Of a stretch of 64,000 nt of DNA, positions 24,701 through 38,208 are shown in pieces. The position numbers were made by a program, and so were the translations under genes. The notes under the pieces were generated by a model, which ran no database searches, had not been told where the DNA came from, and was given only the letters and a program-made list of their open reading frames with translations. The DNA is from Azolla caroliniana. Lineage: Eukaryota; Plantae; Polypodiophyta. Numbering within the stretch: position 1 is the first letter of the stretch; each line of letters begins with the position of its first letter. Where the stretch lies: the NCBI GenBank assembly GCA_043228905.1, contig JBHGNT010000006.1, forward strand, positions 1,240,001 through 1,304,000, given 5' to 3'.

Positions 24701-26149
24701 ACCTTGATGACAGTTATTTCTCAAACTACTGGACGAAAGCCGAATCTGGTTTAGATGCCGATACTAGCACCCTACCCTCGAAGGCGACCTTTCACATTAC
24801 AAACGGTTTGCTCTACCGTAGTGGAAAGGTCTGTGTTCCAGATTTACCAAATGTTAAACAGAAAATTTTTCATGAATGTCATGATGCACCATCTGCTGGT
24901 CATCCTGGAATACAACGCACACTCGTTCTCATCTCGTGTACTTTTTTCTGGCCTAAGATGCGCTCTGACGTGCATAAATACGTAACTCAATGCTTACAAT
25001 GTCAGATTAATAAGTCGGAACGACTTAAAGCTGCTGGTCTTTTACATCCCTTAGATATTCCCAACAATAAATGGGAAAGTATCTCGATGGATTTTATTGT
25101 TAGTTTACCTCGTACACAGAGGGGTCATGATGCCATATGGGTTGTCGTTGACAGGCTAACAAAATTAGCTAGATTTATTCCTACAAAAACCACGGTAACC
25201 GCTCAACAGTTGGCTTATCAATTTGTTGATGAGTTATTTCGTTTTTATGGATTACCGATGGATATTGTTAGTGATCGAGATTCCAAGTTTACTAGTGACT
25301 TTTGGACTCAGGTCTTTAAGAAACTAGAAACTACGTTGAGCATGAGTTCCGCAGATCATCCTCAGTCTGATGGACAAACTGAACGAGTTAATCAAATTAT
25401 TGAGGACATGCTTCGAGCTTATGTAGCAAAAAACCCCTTCTAAGTGGGAGCAATACCTTCTTATCTTAGAATTTGCCTATAATAGCTCTAAACATACATC
25501 CACTGGATATAGTCCTTTTATGTTGATGTATGGTTTTCAGCCACGTGCCCCAGTTGATGTCACGATTCATCGTGATACATTAGATAGTACACGCAATTTT
25601 TTGCAAGACATGAACCAAATGTTGCATATTGCCAAAGAAAATGTCAAGACAGCTCAAGATCGTGCTCGATTTTATGCTGATCAGGATAGACGTCCTCGTG
25701 CATTTACTATTGGTCAAAAAGTTTTTTTGCGTGTCCCGACTGATTCTACGTCATTATCTACGGGCAAGTGCGCTAAGTTAGCCCCACGATATTGTGGCCC
25801 ATTTGAAATCCTTAAGCAAGTTGGGTCATCTGCTTATCACCTTGCCTTACCTCGTAACGTTGGTATTCATCCTGTTTTTCACGTCAGTCGTCTAAAGCCA
25901 TTTTTAGGCTCTGGTGATAACACTATCACAATCCAAGATCTCGTAACATTAGAGGATTTTTCTTACAAACCTCATGTTCCTGAACGAATTCTTGATTCTC
26001 GTACTAAACGTTTACGTTCTAAAGAGATTCGGCTATTCAAGATCAAATGGATGGATAAACCTATTGATGATGCCACATGGGAACGCGAGCATTCGCTTAA
26101 GGCACAATTTTTTCACTTTATATTGCAAGAGTGCAATCTTTTGAAGTAG
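21746..26149 (+). pseudogene. Gypsy gag-pol polyprotein (gag, CCHC, protease, RT, RNase H, integrase, chromodomain), interrupted
   Basis: CAYCKKRGHTKDTC; protease FLFDSGS; RT VCLDDILIYS; RNase H IETDASDYAIG; integrase HDAPSAGH..CLQC and IVSDRD; chromodomain PERILDSR..FKIKW..DATWE. One in-frame TGA (23267-69) and two 1-bp frameshifts (~24680, ~25435). Confidence 0.93.
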
Positions 26150-26156
26150 GGGAGTA

Positions 26157-26630
26157 TGTTATGTACACATAACGTTGGTGAGGGTAGGTCACTAATATTT
26201 ACATTAGTGAAGGGTATGTTCACTATTATTAAAAAGGGGACTAATGATTGGATAGAATGAATGATATGTGCATGCACTATCATGATTTAGACAACCAATG
26301 AATAGAGAGCCTTTTAGAAAGGCACATCTATTCAAGGGGCCTAGGAAAAGGTATAAATATGAGGCTTAGCTACCCTCATAGGGATCATCACGTCGGAAGG
26401 TTGCTGTCGTAGACACCGGTGGTGCGGGCTAGGCTTTCGTCTCGACGATCGTGTTTATCTCTTCCAAGGTATTAGTCATCCTAATATCCGACGGTATGGG
26501 ACGTCGGTGGTAGGTTGGCTATGTCTAGATCATAGCTCGGGGGTGGTCGGGTGGAACGGGTTCTTCTATCCAATCTATTTTCTTCCTTTTTACTTGATTT
26601 GGTCTATTGATTAGTAATAGACTCTTAACA
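26157..26630 (+). repeat. 3' LTR of Gypsy element
   Basis: Preceded by a polypurine tract and followed by TSD ATACT. Confidence 0.97.
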
Positions 26631-28599
26631 ATACTTTCCCCAATATTATACTTTTTATTGTACCAAGTTTCCTATCATCTTTGATTATAGTTCCCTGGTC
26701 ATTAGTTATGAAAGTTTTTTTGTGTTTGGCTTTATAATGCAAGACCTTGTGCCTTCCGCCATTATTTTTCCATGGTCTAGACTTTTGCTCTATGGATAAT
26801 ATGGTTTGCTCCCAACCAAAGAAATTTAGGAATCTCCTATCAATCTTTATCGACTTTCCACGTTTTCCCTCTACAATTCCTTCATGTTTCTTATGTCTCC
26901 CATGACATTGACCTGCTATTTATGCCCTAAATGTTTCGAGCATGACGTGTGTACAACATTCTTTGTGGGATTTCACCTTGCTCTAGGGATTAGTAATTAC
27001 ACTCTAGTAATATCATGTGACCATCATGCATTACTAAAATCAAGTGTGTACATATATGTTTGTGTGGGCTGTGCATGTGGGAATTCAATTATATAAAAAA
27101 TGGGGGACTAATTAAAGATCATGATCTTGCACTCACATCAATGTTCCCACCATTTCATTAAGAGTGGTATTTTACATTGAGCACGTTCACCAATCACCAT
27201 TCATAGTGTTTCTTTAATAATGAATGAGCATGTACTCAAAGTTCTTCCTATTCTAATGCAACTCACGAGTCTTTGGTTAATTATCAAGACCTTGATGTGA
27301 TGTGATGTGCAAGTTTTTAAAGCTCTAGGGAACCCAAAGTAGAAGAACTAGGCAAAATCATTATTATGACAATTAATGAAGGCCATCACCTAAAAATAGA
27401 GATCGATGTAAGTTTACACTATGGTTCATGATATGGATTGGCCTCCATATAGGAACCAACTAGACCCCAATGTTGTGAAATGTAGAGCAGAAATAGCTGA
27501 AGATGATTAGAGTGAAAGAAATAAGTTTAGGATTGGTTAACGAATAGCCAAAATGCTTGCAATGACTCAAATTCACAAGCTAAATATAAACCTAGATACC
27601 AAAGTTATCCTTCCTTTTTTGAAACCTTAATTAGTACTATCAAAGGTTTGTATCAAGGCACCAAAACTATATTATCCAATTTTCTTTAGGGCAATCCATG
27701 AATCTAAATTTAAAATGGCATTTATAAAGTGGTCATGCTTACGGGAAAATATGATATTGTTTCCAAGAACTATCCATTAGAGTTTTGATTCACGTTCATT
27801 GTAAATAATAATCACGCCTCTCTAAACCTTTGGACTTTAGAGAGATGATTCTATAATAATCACGTTCATTATATATATATAATCACGTGCATATATACAT
27901 CTAATGCCCGACTTTAGATGATTCTATAGCCAATTATGAAGGGTGAGTGGAGAGATGCATATAATTGATGCAACACACCATACATACAAAAGTAAAAACT
28001 ATATATACTGACAAATGATACTACGGAAAATTGCATGTATAGTGGTTTTACATAATGGGGAGGCCTACGAAAATAGTAACATCTCCGAATGATTTCATTG
28101 ACCGAACTTTTATTGCTTAGTAGAATATTGCATAACATACAATTACTTTATGTCCTCTCATATCTCAGCTTGGAGAACAAAAGTTTGTAGACATGTTTTT
28201 ATCCACAGGCATGCACTTTTCTTAGGAAAACATGGTTTAAAATTTAAATAAATGTAAGCAAAACACATAGCCCTGGAAAGTGCCCTCAAATGGAAGCTTG
28301 TATTGGACATAGGACATATCCATCGAGGACATAGTTGACAAGTTCTTGAAATGTGCATATTCGCATATGCGGAGGAACTTCATAAAATCTTCTAAATACT
28401 TTGTAAATAAAAATAATTATAATGTGTAAAGTACATGTGAGAGGATTACCACATGGTAAGCTCATAACAATGACAAGATTGAAGACTCATAGTTGTGTTG
28501 AGTTAATAACCTTGAACAATGACCATGTAATTTGTGATCCCATGGTCATTGAGATTTAGAACGCAAGAAAGCACGAGTGTGTGCATAAGTTATAACATT

Positions 28600-29720
28600 G
28601 AATATAAATCATGAGGTGTTTGTCTCCATGATCGGGTATTTCTTGTATTATTTACAAAAGATGTTACAAAGAATTTGATAATGATCCCTAATACATATGA
28701 TGTCCTTGCATATTGCATGTTACTTGGTAATTGCAAAAGGTTACTCACACTTTCCTTTTAAACATTAGAATTAGCATTGAGAAGACTTGCGCCTCCTCCA
28801 TGACAAATCCTTGCTAGTGAATGGAAAATAATAACATGACAATTCCAGCAAATAAAATTTTTGAGCCATTTGGAGTTCAAATGATCTCATGAGTTGTCTC
28901 AAGTGATGATGCATACCTAATGTCCTTGCAAATATTTATGAATCGATAACAAAATTCCTTTTTGACAATCATAAATGTCATCGATTATATTGCTTAGGTG
29001 GTGCCAACAAGCTAGTCTCAACTATTTTTAATTGGTGCATCTATGGCATGTATGTTTGATGTAGGAAGCATAGTCAAAGACGGTACAAACTGACACCCAT
29101 AATTTCTTTATTTGGCAAGGACCAAGGCAATGACAATTTCTTTTATTCAAGCATGGAACATGAAGTAGAAACAACTTTGTCTTAATTTTGTATTTCTAAT
29201 GTTCAAAATATACCTATATAGTACAAAATAACCAAAATACTAGTGTTAATGGAAGGGATGAACTATAAAAAATAAAATAAAACCTTCAGATCAGATCTAA
29301 TTTGACAACTTGAATTGATCATTACCCCTTGAGATCATGAATCCCTGGACTAAGTAAAAATGTTGTCGGCCTCAATAAAATATCCATTTCTAAGAGTTAG
29401 AAACATTTTTTATGCTAACTAATGATGATCCATGACTTTTAGAACAAAAACAAACATGGTTTATAAAGTGATATCTCAATTTTTTTCTGTCTTTAAGAGA
29501 GTTTAGACCATGGTGAATACAATTGCTCGAGCATCCCCGCCCATACTTCTTAACAAGTGGAAGCAAGTTCATACGAGATTTTCTCGTGGCTCAAATCTAT
29601 AATTTTGGGAAAGACGTGTTAAGGATTGTAGGGGTATTGTACTAAAGTTTACACACATGCACCAACATTTATTTGGTCATCCGAGCCATGTTTTACCATT
29701 TTATATGAAATCCATATCCA
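28600..29720 (-). mobile_element. Possible highly degenerate Mutator-like (MULE/SWIM) transposase remnant
   Basis: Broken minus-strand translations give a TN..VE..WH-like stretch (~29000-29050) and a CxC..CK cluster (~28700-28760). Many stops, so support is weak. Confidence 0.25.
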
Positions 29721-31817
29721 TGTATTATTATTATTATTATTCCAAAAAAAAAACGCCTTCCATTATCCATGTAATATTTTATGTGCATGACGATGGACAA
29801 ATGCGGCACATCAGTTTCCACTTACCTCAATGGTGTGCATCAACAATTGAATATAGTTCTTATGGAAGGTTTGTTAAAAGCTCATCCTCGGTCCCGATTG
29901 CATTTTCACATGACAAGATGGATGCTGCATAAACATAATGATTACAGTCTTTTTAGAAAGCCTCAAGGCTATGTGTGTATGGCATGCAATATTGATGAAC
30001 ATTAAAAACAAATGTGTTATGAATTCATACACTTACTCCACGAAAATGTGCAATTAATAGCACCATCTTTAAGAGGTGCACAGCCAAGGACAATGAAATA
30101 AAAGAAGCATTAAAAAATGTCCCTCTCTAGTGGTTAACTTGTAAGTGTTGCAAAAAGACATGACACCTATCTATTACCTATTAGTATTTACCACTCATGC
30201 ACATGGATCAATCACCAATGAGTTATGGTAGATTTATCTCATGGGCAGATTGGGTCTTTGACTCCATTATAAACGTTCGCAATAAGAGAGTCATTACCTT
30301 AATCTATCATTTCTCTAAGATTTACTTGATTGCCACTTATTTCTCATATAACTTGTTGATCTCTTAGCTTGGTGGGCTTGATATATGTATAGATAACAAT
30401 AGACAATAGCATTTCTTAATTGAGAAGATTTTTGGGCGCAAACCCTATGCTGCATGTGAATGGGCTCCCCTTCAATGTTTTGTCTCATATAGATCAAATC
30501 CTCATACCCTCTAAGAGATGGATATAAGTACATTCTCAAGATTAATGTAAATTCGTAGTAACATAATACTGCGTGGATACATAAGGCCGACTGTAAATAA
30601 GTAAGGACATGTCACCCAAATAGTGGGATTCAGTAAATGAATGATGTGACGAATCATAAGATTGCATGCATTTGAGCATCTCTTTCTCTCACTCTATAGA
30701 CTATCCGAATCCCAATATATATACACATGTTTATAAAATATGCTAGTCTTATTGAACATCGGCGATTCCATCTAGTCTCTTTCAGTATTGTCTAGAATTT
30801 GATTGACTAGAAATAAGAGGTTCTACAAATCGGTTTCATTGACACAACATTCTATTATGATCGTCAATTCTTTCTTTTAGTTACAAACCAACACATGGAA
30901 TTGGTTTAGATAAGAGGTTGTAAGTGTGTCTTTCTCCGTCTTGTTGATGGGAATCAAAGATGAACTCGGTGCAAAGATCAATCTTTTTCACTTTCTCTCT
31001 CTAGGCTCTTTAACTTCCAAAGATTAAACAAATGAATGATGTAAAATTATATATGGGATGTTGACTATAATCCTTGTCTTCTCTTAACTCTTGAGAAGTA
31101 CAGATGCAATTATACACACTTGTCGCAGGGGAAACACCTCGTACATGTAAAAACCATGCCATATTTAATCCTTTGCCTCCACAAATGTATTGAATGTGCA
31201 ACCTCCCTACTAGGTCTTTTGTCAAGTAATGCTTTCACATTTTGGGGGGACAAAGATTGTTGCCTCTTCGAACCACAACATCGAATGCACATAGAAAAAC
31301 AAGGAAGAAAACTGGTTGCTTTGAACTCCAAATGTGAAATGGGCATAATTTTTTTAGGAGAAACTCTCCAATGTTTTTAGGGTCAATCTCCATAATTATT
31401 ATAGGCTAAAAGGTCCGCAAAAGCATTGAGTGGCTTAATGTCCCCGAATGTCCTCGGGTCAAAGAAGTGGATTAATTGACGAGTTAAGTGCTGAAATGCA
31501 CATAAATTCGAGACAAAGAGGATGACTGGACCATATAACAGAGTTACCAATTGTCCCAAGATCTTATGTCCACACCCCCCAATCTTAGTGTGTGAAATGA
31601 AAGCATTGTTCCTTGCTTCTTCACGCGAATGCGAACTTCCGACGGGAGTGAACCAAATTCTCGGCGGGTCCTCTTATATGATATATGATATACATATCTA
31701 CATGTGCAGGGCAGTCAAGCCAAGTCTTTTTGAAGTAGTGTGTGAAAAGGGTGAGAGAAAACCCAGAGACCCATCATGCTCCTCTTCAATGGCAATGGTG
31801 GGCATTTCATGCTCATG

Positions 31818-31818
<1 letters not shown>

Positions 31819-31863
<45 letters not shown>

Positions 31864-31992
31864 CCATCTTCTGTCTGCACTCTGCACATGATGATCATAA
31901 GAACCCTTCAATAACTAGGTGGTGCCCACTTGCATCAGATCTCTCTCCTTCCCTCTATACAAGCATACTCTCTCTCTCTCTCTCTCTCTCTC
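31819..31992. repeat. (CA)n and (CT)n microsatellites upstream of the DUF547 gene
   Basis: Directly visible. CT tracts are typical of plant 5'UTR/promoter regions. Confidence 0.9.
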
Positions 31993-32543
31993 CCCCTTCC
32001 TCTGTCTCACTCACATGTGTGAGGAGCTAATTCAGCTCCTATATTAGCTTACAGAACAAATAATTCTCTCCAATTGTTGTGCTCTGTGCTCTCTAAGCTC
32101 TCTAACTTTGTTACACAGCATTGCTTCTACCCACTTTCAAACAATCCAGTGTGCAGTCTGCTCCTGTGTCTTCTCTCTTGTAATACAAACTAACTATCCT
32201 GCGTTTTGTATGCATTCCGACTCCGGAACTCAGAGGGAAATCTTGTTCCTAATTCGAGGGTTGTTGGTTGGTTTGAAAACCTCAACAATGCATTTCCTTT
32301 TTTCGCTACATTCTTCCACCACCATAAGGAATTCAATCATTCTCAAGCTCTATGCTATCTATCCTTAACAAATCTCCGGGGCTCATTATCCGGAAATCGT
32401 TTGGGAACAGAAGAACCTGATTCCATCCCCATACAGCTCGAGGGATGTAGTGTGACCATAAACAAAATGCTTCTAGCTTAATATGCTTCTTTTTTTCACT
32501 GTATAAGAACTACCAATGCTTCATAATTTGAGGCAGAGATCAC

Positions 32544-35500
32544 ATGTCTTTAACAAAAGGAACTTCTTGTAACCCAAATATAGATCTGCGGAAAACCAAC
32601 AGCTCTTGCTCTTCTAAAGGGTGTAATCCGAATGAACGAGCAGCTAGTACACCATTAATGCATCTGCGCTCATCAAGGTAATCATAGAATCGCATTCTAG
32701 AGTTAAGTAGACGTTCATAATTGTGAGAAAGTCGAATGCATTCAAGTTTCAAAGGGACTCATTAACATTCAAGGTCTGCAGATATAGGCTTGTGCAATAC
32801 AAGGTAGATGGAAAAAGGAGCAAGTTAAATGGCTGATTTAGTTGAATTATTGATTTCATTCATCTAACCCGGAAAGCTTGCATTTACCAATCCATTGTTA
32901 TTAATAATAATATGCATATCTGGACCAAAAGTTTGCACAAATAATTATGGTTTAGGTTTATAGAATGAGAAAAGGTCGATCTACTCACTATCCAATTTTA
33001 ATGACTGTCTTTTTTCGGAACTTTTTTTGGGTCACAGTGATTCCAACAATAATAATAATCTTGATCTGGAAAGCCGGGCCAGCATTCCGGCACCTAGCAA
33101 CGACGTCCACACCAGTGAACAGGTAAAGAACGAGAGCTTTACATTTCCTTAGACAATGGTCGGTTGCAACAATTCTCAGGCTCTGATGCCATTACTTTGT
33201 GATTGAGATCTCAGAATAGGGCTTCAACAGTGAAAAGGAATGCCTTATCAGAACAAATGAGTACACTAGAGCACGATGTAAGTGATTGCGTTATGGTAAA
33301 TATAGTAGAAAGTCACATGATGTATTTAATCTAATCCCTGACTAAATGCCGAATTCTGTATCGATTCTAAAGGTAGAAGAGCTGCGAAAGCACCTCATGA
33401 ATAAGCAATCTGTTAGGAAAGCGTTGGAGCAAGCTATGGGCCGACCCGTGAATGCCATTTCACTGGGACACAACCACCTTACTCCACAGGTATACAGGGA
33501 AAAGGGGAAAGAAAATTCCCAGCATACCACCGAGTTTTTCTTTAGCTCCCCAAATGCCCCTAAGTTTTCTTTGCTTTATGCAAATGCTCTTGGTCTGCAA
33601 TGTCCAAAAAGGGAGAAAAAGAGGGTCTGAAATTGACCATACCATATAATTGCTTAAAGAGTTGGGTAAATTGACCATAGACAAATGGGATGAATCTATC
33701 TATATGCTTGCTTAATTAGTGCTTATAATTGCTCTCAAGGGCACCTGGGGAAATAACTAAAACTTGGGGAGCATTTGGGGGAATAATGAGAAGCATTTAA
33801 AGGGCAGTCCAGAGTTCTCTTAAGAATTAAAACTTTGAAAATTAAGATATTCAAAAAGAGAATTTAAGCAACTGTTAATATTTAGCATAAAATGTACACA
33901 TACTGCCTCTTGTGCAATCTTTCATGATTGGTCTTTTGTCGTGTTTATGATGCGCCAAGAACCTTTTTATGGAGACTAGAACTGAATCTAAGCCATCTTG
34001 ACATAAGCTTTAATTTGTGTTTGTGTGTGGTAGACCAAAGAGCTTATACATGAAATAAAATATCTTGAGGAGGAGGTGGTGGACCTAGAGAAGCATGTGC
34101 TTTCTCTTTATCGCCAATTCTTTGACAGATGCTTGTCACGTTCATCCAGTCTCATCCATGTCAGTCAGAAAAATGACCTTCAGGACTCATACAATGAAGA
34201 CCCGCAACCCAGCCCTGATCAGAGAATGTCGATGAAACTCAAACTTAAACCCAATCAACATAACACCACACCAAAACGGGCTTCATTAATTCGGCCAAAT
34301 TCGAGACATGGATCAGGACTCAGTGGACCGGCCATAAACATAAAAGGCCATTTCCACTCCGTCGATTTTGAGAATAATTCAAGTCATGCTCGAACTGAGG
34401 TATTGATTGCTTTATACATTCCTATATATGTTTGAACAGCTTCGGAACATTGGTTTGTTCTTAATTTACGATCTAATATCATCGCTATATTCTCGATGAT
34501 GTATTACCATTACTAGGAAGTATGAACTCCATTATTGTATCCTCTGAGGCTAAATATATATGTATCATTATAATTTTGCATAACAGAAATTGAACTCCTG
34601 TTTACATGGGGCTACTGTTGTGGTGCATATATGGTAGCAAGTATTTTGAAACCAAATGCTTCATCTTATTCCTCTTATTATTTCAGATTCTCAAGCAAAG
34701 GTTTACAAAGAGTAATCCAAGTTCTTTGAATGAAGATGGACCCAGAACACTCAAAGAGTATCTATGTTACACACCAAACAAGTTGTCTGAGGAGCTGATT
34801 CGTTGTATGACTGCCATATACTGCAAACTTGCTGATCCAGCCTTACCACATTTTGGAGTTCCTGAGTCACCAACTTCGTGCACATCTTCCTCGACTAGCA
34901 TTTCATCGGTTCAAGGTATTTTCAGTGATGGGTGGTCACCACGATCCAAATCCGAAAAATTGTACGAGCCTCCTTTGATTGACCCTTTTCAAGTGAAAGG
35001 GAGTGTTCGAAGGGCAGGAGCTTATAGCTGCATGGTAGAGGTCCCCTGGATCTGTGTGGACAAAGAAAGGCTCAGCAGTGTTGCCATCAAGCTCCGCGAC
35101 TTTAGGTAAAGCTCTATAACGTCGACCCACCACTACAACAGTGTCTTGCTCAAATTTGTCCATTGAATATATGCATCTTAGATGCATGCCCATGTGATAG
35201 TTATCATATTATACAACAATGACCACTTGAGTAATGCATTCTTCTATTGTCACTGCCAGATCAATGGTGGAACAACTAGAGAAGGTCGATCCCAGTCAAC
35301 TGACGCATGATGAGAAGCTGGCATTCTGGATTAATGTACACAATGCACTTCTAATGCATGTAATATTTCTAACTCAAATCGTAAAAGCCATCCACTTCAG
35401 TTCAATGAAAACAAAATGTAGTATGCATCCAATACAATATTAGGCAAATATGGTAATTTGTTTACTTCTTGTCTTTCTGCTAACCAGGCATATTTAGCAT

Positions 35501-36699
35501 ATGGAATATCTCGCAACAATCTGAAACGCATGACACTTCTGCAACGTGTAAGGAAATTGATGCTCTGTACTTGCTTGTTCAACCTTTGTAACAATAGATA
35601 ATATAAATAGCCACAATTGATGATCAATATATGGTATGTAACAATATATGGCAATCATGAATGTATATATGGTATGTAACAATCAATAAATGCAGCATTA
35701 ACGCATACCTTATTTGCATGATATCCATATTTTATATAAATTTGAAGTTCCCTAACATTCATGAAACTAACCATTAAAAAAAAATACAGGCTGCTTATAA
35801 AGTTGGCGGACGATCCATAAATGCACACACGATCGAATATTTCATTTTACGATGCCGATCACATCGACCCACTCAGGTATGAAATGCAATAGGCCGATCA
35901 ACTATACATATACGAATCCTTATGAAATTATTCTGTCAACTAATGTTTGGCGTTTCTGTTCTGTTGGTTCTGAAGTGGTTACAAAACCTACTTTTACCTG
36001 GATCAAAGCTGAAAAGCAATGACGAGAGACGCTCATATACCATCACAAAGCCAGAGCCATTAGTTTGCTTTGCGTTGTGTTGTGGAGGCCTATCGGATCC
36101 TGCGGTATGTGTTTGTTTTCATGACAAATTTCTCTTATCATGGCACGACATTCATTAAACAGAGTAGAAAATCAAAACAGAGTATTCTGCTAACTAGTTT
36201 TAGCATGTCTTCACAATTACAAGGTTATGGTTCTAATAAAGGGATGAGTAGCTGTCCAGGAGGAATTTTTTTTTAAGGTCTATAATATATGCATATATAC
36301 TTGGTTCATCGACATTGAACTTTATAACTGAATACAAATAATCTATGTCAACAATAGGTTCGAGTGTATACGGCCAGTAATGTCCACAAGGAACTCGAAG
36401 TTGCAAGAAAAGAGTTCTTACAAGCAAGCATTGGTTTCCAGAGCGATAAAAAAGTGCTTTTGCCGAAGATTCTCGAGTGGTACTTAAAGGAAGCTTCCAT
36501 ATCGTCGAGCACTCTATTACAATGGGTCTCACAGTATGTAGATGAGAGAGACAAAGAGACCATGTTAAAGTGTGCAAGATTGAAACCTCACAAGAGCACA
36601 TCACATTGCATCGAATGGATGCCCTACAACTTTAACTTTAGATACATATTCGATCGCAATCTAGCAATTGGAAGTACATCACATTACCTTCACCATTAA
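32544..36699 (+). CDS. Ternary-complex-factor MIP1 leucine-zipper + DUF547 domain protein (11 coding exons)
   Basis: Exons with GT-AG ends: 32544-32677, 33038-33122, 33215-33277, 33373-33489, 34034-34399, 34687-35105, 35260-35359, 35488-35547, 35790-35876, 35976-36104, 36358-36699. Motifs LEHDVEEL..., TKELIHEIKYLEEEVVDLEKHVLSLYR, TPNKLSEELIRCM, EKLAFWINVHNALLMHAYLAYG, PEPLVCFALCCG..SDPAVRVYT, LLPKIL, IEWMPYNFNFRY. Confidence 0.92.
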
Positions 36700-37400
36700 C
36701 ATCTTATTGTTAACGAGGTGGACTAGTCCTACCCACAAATGATTGTGCCATTAGAAACAATGATCCCCCAATATGTGTGCATCATACTGCAATGGGATGG
36801 TATACAAATGTGCATTGCATTGCAGAAATGTACATGAGGATGAGATTAATGGTGATGGTGATGATGACAACAAGGAGGATATCGATAATGGTGAGGACGA
36901 TGTGATTCTGATTCTGATGATCGTATGTGAATGATGATTTGAAGTTACGTACCCAGACATCATCATCAGAAACAATACTCTTTTTATGCCATTATTTGCA
37001 TCAGAAAATGCCCATGGAAACGATGGAGTATGTGATGGTACCTACCCAAAGCATCCAAGATCCATCATTAGAAGCAATCTCCGTGACGTGACGATTGATT
37101 ACGATGATTGGTGGTGATGATGGTGTTTCTCAACACTTCCTCTTCCATTGGGAGCTTGTCACTTTTCCATGTAATGTCTCACAACTTGTCTCTTTTGTGG
37201 TCACCCATAGTAAGGTGGCTTCGTGATCAATCTATAGTAGTAGTATCTTTTGCATATTTACAAGAATAGCCCTAACCTTTCAGCAATTACACGAATACCC
37301 TTCCCCAGTACCCCAAGGGGTGGGTAGCTGGTTGGCTTTGAAAAAAACGGTATTCTTGTAAATGGCCAGAACATTGGGGGCAAATTTGACATTTATAATC

Positions 37401-37459
<59 letters not shown>

Positions 37460-38208
37460 CATGTACAAGTAGTCAGTCACAAGTCTTTCATTTCACATCC
37501 ATATTCGCATTCCGGTATGGAATGAAAATTGTATCCTGAACCATTCATTCAAAAGAAATCTCACTGACTCATCTGGATTCTTACAAATCATGCACTTGTA
37601 TTTGAATCAAGTCTAGACTGTTATAAATTCTCTTGTATATTCAGTTGCCCGTCTATTTTTATTAGTACGAGTCAAACTTCTATGCATACTGTGTACATTC
37701 AGGAACTCTAATAACTAATCATAAAATCACTACGCTATAGGGTTAGTTTTCATGAGGGGGCGAAACCCTCAACAATCTCAACGTGAAGTTTTCCAATCTC
37801 CGAACAAAATATCCAGAATCAGGCATGTTATTATAATTAGGCATTAGAAGCTTAATTAGTGCATTAATGACAACGTTGCACATGAATCACCACCGCTCAC
37901 GATTTCCTGGCATGGCATGGCGCTTTGCTAATCAAACGGTGCATTATAAAGCTGATTGGAATCCATAGGCGTGCGTGTATCCTTACAATTTCTGTTGTAT
38001 GTAATAAACTATAATCTCCATAAACTAATTCAAGTTAGTTGGCAAAACTGAATCCATCGATTCTTTATTATAAACCAAATGGCTATTCAGACTATACAGT
38101 AGACGTTCTATCAAAGCTGGTTATTATGTAATATGTTACAACTAGGATATCGATTATTCTGAATCAATCTGAATGTATATCTAATCTCTCATCACGAAAC
38201 AATTATAG

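Larger units (their letters stand above)
19518..26630 (+). mobile_element. Full-length Ty3/Gypsy chromovirus LTR retrotransposon, recent insertion
   Basis: 474-bp TG..CA LTRs (19518-19991, 26157-26630) with about 2 mismatches. TSD ATACT (19513-17, 26631-35). tRNA-iMet PBS TGGTATCAGAGC, PPT GAAGTAGGGGAG. Domain order gag-PR-RT-RH-INT-chromodomain. Confidence 0.97.
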
